This document shows, piece by piece, positions 1-4,395 of a stretch of DNA of 5,227 bases. The stretch covers positions 1 to 5,227 of IMG/VR virus record IMGVR_UViG_3300045988_001347; one strand, given 5' to 3'. The position numbers and the translations under genes are program-made. The notes under the pieces were generated by a model that was not told the DNA's origin, did no database searches, and was given only the letters and a program-made list of their open reading frames with translations. The DNA comes from a virus. Numbering within the stretch: position 1 is the first letter of the stretch; every line of letters starts with the position of its first letter.

Positions 1-85
1 ATTTTTTTGGGCCTCTTGACTGTTGTACCGACGCATGGTTTCGTACTGCGCTTCCTGCCACTTCCGGAGTTGTTCTGCCTGTTGA
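1..85. repeat. Terminal direct repeat, left copy (assembly terminal redundancy of a circular genome); identical to 5143-5227.
   Basis: Bases 1-85 (atttttttgggcctcttgactgttgtaccgacgcatgg...ctgttga) are reproduced exactly at 5143-5227. This implies a 5142-nt circular unit. Confidence 0.95.
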
Positions 86-237
86 GCGCTGGCAGCGGTA
101 TTGCTACCCGCAATACCTTGGAGGGCGCCAGTTATAGATCCGGTAGTATTAAGTCGGTATTTATCGAGAGACCCCGGTCTTACAATAGCACCAGGAGAGG
201 CAGTAGTCAAGGCCGACTTGGCCGAATTCATAGCCAT
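1..237 (-). CDS. 5' (N-terminal) portion of VP2, the minor capsid/DNA pilot protein. ATG at 237-235. The gene runs off the window start and continues at 5227->4396 because the circular genome was linearised inside it.
   Basis: The minus-strand frame is open from 276 down through position 1. In the circle it is continuous with ORF 4396..5178 because 1-85 equals 5143-5227. The ATG at 237-235 is preceded by SD AAGAGGTGA (rev-comp of 240-248) at about 5-nt spacing, and the SD overlaps the VP1 TAA stop. The N-terminal translation is [19 protein letters not shown]...[71 protein letters not shown]. It contains the conserved VP2 motif (NRDWQERM...AHQRE...AGLNP). Confidence 0.8.
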   Translation of the reverse strand, partial: [79 protein letters not shown]

Positions 238-242
238 AATCT

Positions 243-248
243 CACCTC
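243..248 (-). promoter_or_regulatory. Shine-Dalgarno (GAGGTG) for VP2, overlapping the VP1 stop codon.
   Basis: Minus-strand sequence reads ...CACTAAGAGGTGAGATTATG. The TAA of VP1 is followed by GAGGTG, and the VP2 ATG is 5 nt downstream. Confidence 0.6.
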
Positions 249-1910
249 TTAGTGATGGTCGATAAGGCCAGGGATACTATACATAGGCATAGGCCGAGTA
301 GCCTTACACTGGATGTACAAATCGGCAAACATTTGGTTAGACTTAGCAGAAGTAACAGCAAGTACGCGGTCAACATTGGTCTTATCCTCACGAATCCACG
401 CATCAGACAACTTAGGAAGCTGGGTATACTCGTCGGCAAGATGCCAAACATCAAGGGAAGTCGGAGCCTTGGAACGCATTTCACCAGCAACACGAGAAGG
501 CTTGTAACGGTAGTCAGCCCAGGCTTCCTGATAACCAAAAACCTCATTATCCTGGGCAGTGCCCTGGGCATAAATCTCCTTGTTCAGGATAGGCTGCTCG
601 CCAATGTTGGCAAAGACGGGAAAATAATAATCCAGGCGGTCACGACGAGACCAAAAACGCTCAAGGCCCTGCTGATAGGTATGGTCATAGCGGGCAACCA
701 TGATGCCGATCACAAAGCCGTGCTCAACGAAAGACTTGATAAAGTCACCATGAACGTCAGTAGTAACAGAAAAAGCGGCAGTATCGCCGAGAGGAGTGCC
801 AGAAGATTGAGTAGCCGAGGACTGCACAACTTGGTTGATATTAACAGGAATACGGTTGCCACCAAGATACTCAGGACGCTGGAGGCGAGCATCGGGAGAA
901 GTAACGCCAAAATGAGACTTAAGAATTTCAATGTACCGAGTACCTCCTCTTGCATCCTTCTCATAAAGCTTCTGAATCTGGAAGGCCATGCGGAGCTGGT
1001 TAATAGTGGCCGCAGAAACGGAGCCATCATCAATCGCCCAAAGGTTGGACGGAGTAAAAGGCAGATAGGAAGATTCCGGAGGATCTTTCACGACATACGG
1101 CGTACCAGACTGAGCACCAGAACCATAAACGGTAACATAAGGGCCAAATGTACGGGACGACCAAGTACGAGGAGTCACCTTCAAAGTCTCTTCACCGGGA
1201 GAGGGAACAGTCTCAGACAGAGCAACGACCGGAAGGTTAGAGCCCTGAGAGACAGGAATGGTTACGTCGGGGCCCTTCTGGGGAGCGGGCAGCGCGGAAG
1301 TGAAGTAGTCATGGAACTTGGCGGCCTTAAAGGGCATGCCGCCTTTGACAACATCGGTGATATAGTTAGTGCCATTGGAACCTGCAAGGGTAGCGTCATC
1401 CACAGGGATGTTGAGAGGATCGGAAAGATTTTCGTCACGGAACCACTCGTTCATAATGAGTGCATACGCCCTAAAGGGCAACGCGTTGACGGATAGATTG
1501 GCGACACCAGTAGGGACACCCATATAGTCGGCAATCGAACCAATAGACCAGCCGCCGGAGGGAGCAGTCACCTGGGGGACAGAATACTCAGTCTGGGGAA
1601 TCCAGGCAGACTGTGTATTTTCGCCCATGAGCTCACGCCAATGCTGCCAGACGATACGATTAGGCACAAAGTAAAAATAGGTGTCGAGATAAAGATTGTC
1701 CATCATGGGAGTGAGCAGGGTTTGGAGGCGGGCCACCATAGAAGTCTTCAGTTGGAAAGTATCACCGGGAAGAACCTCGTCCACATAGAAGGGGATAACG
1801 TCTCCGACGTTGAAACTGAGTTTAACACTATGGTCACGCCGAAAAGTGCTACGAGCAATGTCAAGGTTAGTAGGATTAAGAGCAAATCTTGTATTTTCAT
1901 TGCGAGACAA
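249..1910 (-). CDS. Major capsid protein VP1 (phiX174 gpF-like jelly-roll capsid). Probable TTG start at 1910-1908, 553 aa. The ORF-track version (249..1982, GTG, 577 aa) probably over-extends the N-terminus.
   Basis: The 577-aa minus-strand ORF carries hallmark gokushovirus VP1 motifs: SVKLSFNVGDVIPFYVDEVLPGDTF and MDNLYLDTYFYFVPNRIVW. Its length is typical for VP1. An in-frame TTG at 1910-1908 gives an N-terminus MSRNEN..., matching the canonical VP1 N-terminus (M-S-R-N...). It is preceded by a perfect SD GGAGGT (rev-comp of 1917-1922) at 6-nt spacing. The upstream GTG at 1982 lies inside a perfect 8-bp hairpin stem (1981-2001). The stop is TAA at 251-249. Confidence 0.9.
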   Translation of the reverse strand: MSRNENTRFALNPTNLDIARSTFRRDHSVKLSFNVGDVIPFYVDEVLPGDTFQLKTSMVARLQTLLTPMMDNLYLDTYFYFVPNRIVWQHWRELMGENTQSAWIPQTEYSVPQVTAPSGGWSIGSIADYMGVPTGVANLSVNALPFRAYALIMNEWFRDENLSDPLNIPVDDATLAGSNGTNYITDVVKGGMPFKAAKFHDYFTSALPAPQKGPDVTIPVSQGSNLPVVALSETVPSPGEETLKVTPRTWSSRTFGPYVTVYGSGAQSGTPYVVKDPPESSYLPFTPSNLWAIDDGSVSAATINQLRMAFQIQKLYEKDARGGTRYIEILKSHFGVTSPDARLQRPEYLGGNRIPVNINQVVQSSATQSSGTPLGDTAAFSVTTDVHGDFIKSFVEHGFVIGIMVARYDHTYQQGLERFWSRRDRLDYYFPVFANIGEQPILNKEIYAQGTAQDNEVFGYQEAWADYRYKPSRVAGEMRSKAPTSLDVWHLADEYTQLPKLSDAWIREDKTNVDRVLAVTSAKSNQMFADLYIQCKATRPMPMYSIPGLIDHH

Positions 1911-1939
1911 GTTAATACCTCCAGTCTGTAACAGTTGTT

Positions 1940-1964
1940 CAAAAGGAGGGGCCCATGGGGCCCC
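1940..1964 (-). terminator. Candidate (leaky) intrinsic terminator in the gene-sense strand: GGGGCCC-CAU-GGGCCCC stem-loop followed by UCCUUUUG, about 30 nt upstream of the VP1 start.
   Basis: 1948-1954 (ggggccc) pairs with 1958-1964 (gggcccc) around a 3-nt loop. On the minus (mRNA-sense) strand the stem is followed by tcctttt (rev-comp of 1941-1947). The U-tract is short, so terminator function is uncertain. Confidence 0.35.
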
Positions 1965-1980
1965 TCGCTCTCTGTTGTTC

Positions 1981-2001
1981 ACACGGCCAGGGCGGCCGTG
2001 T
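1981..2001. promoter_or_regulatory. Perfect hairpin ACACGGCC-AGGGC-GGCCGTGT (8-bp stem, 5-nt loop) in the VP3-VP1 intergenic region. Candidate regulatory, origin or packaging structure.
   Basis: Direct inspection shows 1981-1988 is the reverse complement of 1994-2001. It overlaps the GTG that the ORF track uses as the VP1 start. Confidence 0.6.
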
Positions 2002-2052
2002 ATGCTGTGACCAAAACCTCACGGTTCAAGCCAATATCAGGAATATAGAGTT

Positions 2053-2565
2053 TTAACCAGCGGGTGAGGCTGGCGCGGGGTCTATCTCACCTCCTTTCGG
2101 GCCCAGTGAGGCCGCTGGCGGCTCACTGGCAGGATTTTGGGAGGTGGGTGGTGTAACCATACCCATAGCCTCTAACCAGCTCTCGGAGCCTGCCTGAGCG
2201 AGCCAGACATGGAAGGATTGGCCGAACTTCTCGCGGGTCTCAAGGGGTAAGCTCATAAACGTCTGCTCGGCCTCTATCATGTGATTGAGCAACCCGGCAT
2301 AGGTCTGGGGCATCTGGGAAAAATCACCAAACATGCCTTGCACCTTTTGCAGAGCAGCAGTATCACCAGCATTGAACCTATCCATAATTTTATGGAGGTC
2401 GACGGAATCCTTGTGGGACTGAATGAAGGCGTAGAGGTCTTCTTTACCACTCTCCTTGAGGGTCATAACACCGAAGCGGTCAAACTCCGGAGAGTAAAGA
2501 ATCTTCTCGCCGCAACCGGGCTCAGAGCAAAAGTGCTCCTGATCGCGGTGCCAAGTCTGGAACAT
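2053..2565 (-). CDS. Internal scaffolding protein VP3 (phiX gpB/D functional analogue), 170 aa, with a Pro/Ala/Ser-rich C-terminal tail.
   Basis: The ATG at 2565-2563 has GGAGGA 6 nt upstream. Internal segments DLHKIMDRFNAGDTAAL and MFGDFSQMPQTYAGLLNHMIEAEQTFMSLPLETREKFGQS resemble conserved gokushovirus VP3 blocks (D-I-N-x-I-x-x-R-(F/Y)...G and GDF-(S/T)...(A/V)-x-E-A...F...LP...R..F). Position immediately upstream of the large intergenic region and VP1 is consistent. The stop is TAA at 2055-2053. Confidence 0.7.
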   Translation of the reverse strand: MFQTWHRDQEHFCSEPGCGEKILYSPEFDRFGVMTLKESGKEDLYAFIQSHKDSVDLHKIMDRFNAGDTAALQKVQGMFGDFSQMPQTYAGLLNHMIEAEQTFMSLPLETREKFGQSFHVWLAQAGSESWLEAMGMVTPPTSQNPASEPPAASLGPKGGEIDPAPASPAG

Positions 2566-2834
2566 CAGGCATCCTCCTTCTGCTGCATAGAGCGAAGGAC
2601 TTCAGCGCCGTCGGAAACGAGCTCATGAAGCTGGGCCGGAATAAGAACGCCCTTATCGGAATCAAACTCACCGATACGAAAAAGCTGAAAATCAGAAGCG
2701 TGGGTAAAGAGCACGCCTTTGGATTCCATAATGGCATTCGCAAAATTACGAGCGGCAATATAATCATTCTGTTCAGTCGTAAGACCAAAGAAAGCAGAAC
2801 GCAGATCACGAATGGCGTAAACATTCAATTTCAT
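2565..2834 (-). CDS. Conserved small gokushovirus nonstructural protein (VP5-like; proposed phiX gpC-like role in ssDNA synthesis/packaging), 89 aa from ATG 2834-2832 (MKLNVYAIRDLRSAFFGLTTEQNDYIAARNFANAIMESKGVLFTHASDFQLFRIGEFD...).
   Basis: The pattern MK(L/I)xxVYxxxD...F(F/A)...A.R.F..A........HxxDFxLFxIGEFD..G matches a small protein family that I recall as conserved across gokushovirus genomes. The ATG at 2834 has GGAGGT 7 nt upstream. The ORF-track start (TTG at 2849) lies inside that SD and is probably not used. The stop TGA (2567-2565) overlaps the VP3 ATG (TGATG). Confidence 0.55.
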   Translation of the reverse strand: MKLNVYAIRDLRSAFFGLTTEQNDYIAARNFANAIMESKGVLFTHASDFQLFRIGEFDSDKGVLIPAQLHELVSDGAEVLRSMQQKEDA

Positions 2835-3100
2835 TTGATATACCTCCAAAAAATATGACCCACATGAAGAATCATGCGCATCTCAGCAATAGTGTAAGTA
2901 CGACAAAAAGGCTTTTCGCCCATAGGATCCAAACCGGAACAGACATACCGGCCTTTAGCAGCTTCCTCGACTCGGCAAACGGAAACACCCTGATAACCGA
3001 GCCGCTGAAGATAGCGCCGGAACTCCGAAGCAACCCAGCTATCCGACTTAGGAGAAGCTACCTGTAAGCTGGCAACAGCGGCTTGAAGAGAATCATTCAC
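2831..3100 (-). CDS. Hypothetical protein of unknown function, 89 aa (MNDSLQAAVASLQ...CRVEEAAKGRYVCSGLDPMGEKPFCRTYTIAEMRMILHVGHIFWRYIK), putative GTG start.
   Basis: The GTG at 3100-3098 is preceded by a perfect GGAGGT SD (rev-comp of 3109-3114) at 8-nt spacing. The stop TGA (2833-2831) overlaps the ATG of the downstream VP5-like gene as ATGA. The ORF is co-oriented and tightly packed between the J-like and VP5-like genes. I recognise no family. It contains 3 Cys and 2 His in the C-terminal half. Confidence 0.4.
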   Translation of the reverse strand: MNDSLQAAVASLQVASPKSDSWVASEFRRYLQRLGYQGVSVCRVEEAAKGRYVCSGLDPMGEKPFCRTYTIAEMRMILHVGHIFWRYIK

Positions 3101-3210
3101 ATCCTGATACCTCCACGATAGATTTTAGGATTCACGTTGATTCGCTTAGAATTGACAGCGGTGTGACGGAAAACTTGCCTATCCTGAGAACGCTTCATTC
3201 GTCGAGCCAT
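3097..3210 (-). CDS. Small highly basic DNA-binding protein (phiX174 gpJ / gokushovirus VP8-like), 37 aa: MARRMKRSQDRQVFRHTAVNSKRINVNPKIYRGGIRM.
   Basis: It is not in the ORF track because it is under the length cutoff. The ATG at 3210-3208 sits 2 nt after the VP4 TAA (…TAATCATG). An AAGGGAG SD lies 8 nt upstream. About 11 of 37 residues are Arg/Lys/His. The C-terminal aromatic-x-GG (IYRGG) resembles the phiX J C-terminus (LWYVGG). Its TGA stop (3099-3097) overlaps the GTG start of the next ORF. Confidence 0.55.
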   Translation of the reverse strand: MARRMKRSQDRQVFRHTAVNSKRINVNPKIYRGGIRM

Positions 3211-3212
3211 GA

Positions 3213-4379
3213 TTACAACTCCCTTCTCAAATTTTTTATACGATTATGGAGCACGCGCTCCTGGGTCGCTAGGATTTCTTCATAGGTCATAGTGGACTGA
3301 GCCAGCTTGGCCTTTTTGCCTTCCTCAGCAAAGTGCTTGCGCTTTTCTTTGATGGCAGCCATAAGCTCCGGTTGTTCCAGGTCAAACAGCTTATCGAAAT
3401 ACTTAGGAGGACGAATCTTGCGGCCACCATCGGGAGTAGAGATAGAAATGGTATCATATTCCATGCACTCGGGATGATCTTCGTACCACTGGCGGCCAAT
3501 ACCAGGACGACGAGACATGTCGACATACTCGGGTTGAATGTTAAACGTCTGGTAGACATCGGCTTCAGGGCCACAAGCCTTCTTCATCACGTACCGAGCA
3601 ACGTAAGCACAGGTTTCCCAGTTAACTTGACCAACCAAGACATAGCCGATAGGCTTCCGGATGCAAGGGGTGTCATACTCCCCTTTCTGTTCTACCACAC
3701 TCCAGGCCTTTTGTAAAGCCTCTGAGTAAAAATACTGATATCCGACATCGCCACGCCGGATATCCTGCACAGGAACAAGGTCATGCAAGTGGAGTCCAAA
3801 AACTATTGCATGGTAATGAGGACGGAAGGTGGTGGAGCCATACTCACCGCACATGAAATACCGGATATGGTCATCCGGGAAGGCTTTCCGAAGACGCTTC
3901 CAGAAAAGCTGCATATGACGCTTCTCCAAACTGAAAGACTGCATCGCCTCTCCAGTCTCCGGATCAGCATACCAATGGCGGGGGACGTGTTCTTCATCGT
4001 AAGTCAAAGTGAGGAAATAAGCCATATCGTGATACTCCAACTCCATCATGCAGCGATTTGCCCACTCACGGGAACGAGCAATACGGCAGCCTTCACACTT
4101 GCCGCAGGGAATTTCAACCCAGTCAAGCCAGGTCTTTTCAGCGTAAGCGGAAATCTCGTGAACATCTGACGTACAAATGCGACCTTTTCGCAACTCCAAG
4201 TGATGAACACCATAAGGAACTATCTTCATATCTGCTTTGCCGTTCTTCGTGGTGCCGATTCTAAATCCCTTCAAGGGATGAAAACAGGCTATAAAATCAC
4301 CCTCTCCGTACTCGGTTGGTCTGGTGGTGTCAGTGGGAACCAGTATATCAAGATAGTACTGGTTCCCACGACCCTCCAA
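3213..4379 (-). CDS. Replication initiator protein VP4 (phiX174 gpA-like HUH rolling-circle endonuclease), 388 aa, probable TTG start.
   Basis: Three RCR motifs are present: motif I FLTLTYD, motif II (HUH) RPHYHAIVFG, and motif III CAYVARYVMKK with the two catalytic Tyr (compare phiX A YVAKYVNKK). A zinc-finger-like PCGKCEGCR lies upstream. The canonical gokushovirus VP4 N-terminus (M)ACFHP is present as I-ACFHP at residue 30, so translation must begin upstream. The only start-like codon in frame is TTG at 4379-4377. It is preceded by GAGG at 7-nt spacing and lies 16 nt after the VP2 stop. The VP4 stop is TAA at 3215-3213. Confidence 0.9.
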   Translation of the reverse strand: MEGRGNQYYLDILVPTDTTRPTEYGEGDFIACFHPLKGFRIGTTKNGKADMKIVPYGVHHLELRKGRICTSDVHEISAYAEKTWLDWVEIPCGKCEGCRIARSREWANRCMMELEYHDMAYFLTLTYDEEHVPRHWYADPETGEAMQSFSLEKRHMQLFWKRLRKAFPDDHIRYFMCGEYGSTTFRPHYHAIVFGLHLHDLVPVQDIRRGDVGYQYFYSEALQKAWSVVEQKGEYDTPCIRKPIGYVLVGQVNWETCAYVARYVMKKACGPEADVYQTFNIQPEYVDMSRRPGIGRQWYEDHPECMEYDTISISTPDGGRKIRPPKYFDKLFDLEQPELMAAIKEKRKHFAEEGKKAKLAQSTMTYEEILATQERVLHNRIKNLRREL

Positions 4380-4395
4380 TTTTCAGCCTCAGTCG

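Noticed and set aside
1-85. Terminal direct repeats as possible prophage att sites, LTRs or a mobile-element boundary
   Set aside because: The repeat is exact and reading frames (VP2) continue seamlessly across the implied junction. That is the signature of an over-assembled circular contig, not of att sites flanking an integrated element.
7-252. 81-aa plus-strand ORF at the window start
   Set aside because: It is antisense to the wrap-around N-terminal part of VP2. It has no SD or motifs and its composition is typical of an antisense shadow.
710-1033. Very hydrophobic 107-aa alternate-frame minus-strand ORF inside VP1 (similar ones at 2522..2824, 3287..3574, 3803..3997, 1748..1942)
   Set aside because: The genome's T/C-rich codon usage makes the +1/+2 frames of every gene Leu/Ser/Phe/Pro-rich, so hydrophobic ORFs appear throughout. 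These lack a good SD (710..1033 starts at TTG with none). Only 242..571 was retained as a speculative finding.
252-1496. 414-aa plus-strand ORF (and smaller plus-strand ORFs 313..507, 1641..1931, 1810..2010)
   Set aside because: These are antisense to the VP1 gene, which is unambiguously identified by motifs. Their products are low-complexity Arg/Gly/Ser/Leu-rich with no recognisable domains. Microviridae encode all genes on one strand. They are shadow ORFs.
2020-2052. Possible sigma70-like promoter (TTGAAC ... TATATT/GATATT hexamers in gene sense) after the VP3 stop
   Set aside because: The hexamers do not fall at 16-18-nt spacing in any combination with a plausible partner, so there is no supportable promoter call from sequence alone.
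2082-2096. AAAGGAGGTGAGATA (gene sense), nearly identical to the VP2 RBS, found inside the VP3 tail. Considered as the RBS for a hidden downstream gene.
   Set aside because: No ATG/GTG/TTG at suitable spacing with an open frame follows it before the VP3 stop. It is recorded only as part of the odd VP3-tail composition.
2281-2628. 115-aa plus-strand ORF; also 2625..2858 (+), 2855..3067 (+), 3333..3716 (+), 3783..4169 (+), 4058..4264 (+), 4200..4460 (+), 4901..5107 (+)
   Set aside because: All are antisense to well-supported minus-strand genes (VP3, VP5-like, ORF89, VP4, VP2). None has a convincing ribosome-binding site. The products are low-complexity.
2847-2849. TTG start for the 94-aa version of the VP5-like ORF (ORF-track call 2565..2849)
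   Set aside because: This TTG lies inside the GGAGGT Shine-Dalgarno that serves the ATG at 2834. The ATG start gives the family-typical N-terminus MKLNVY..., so the shorter 2565..2834 model is preferred.
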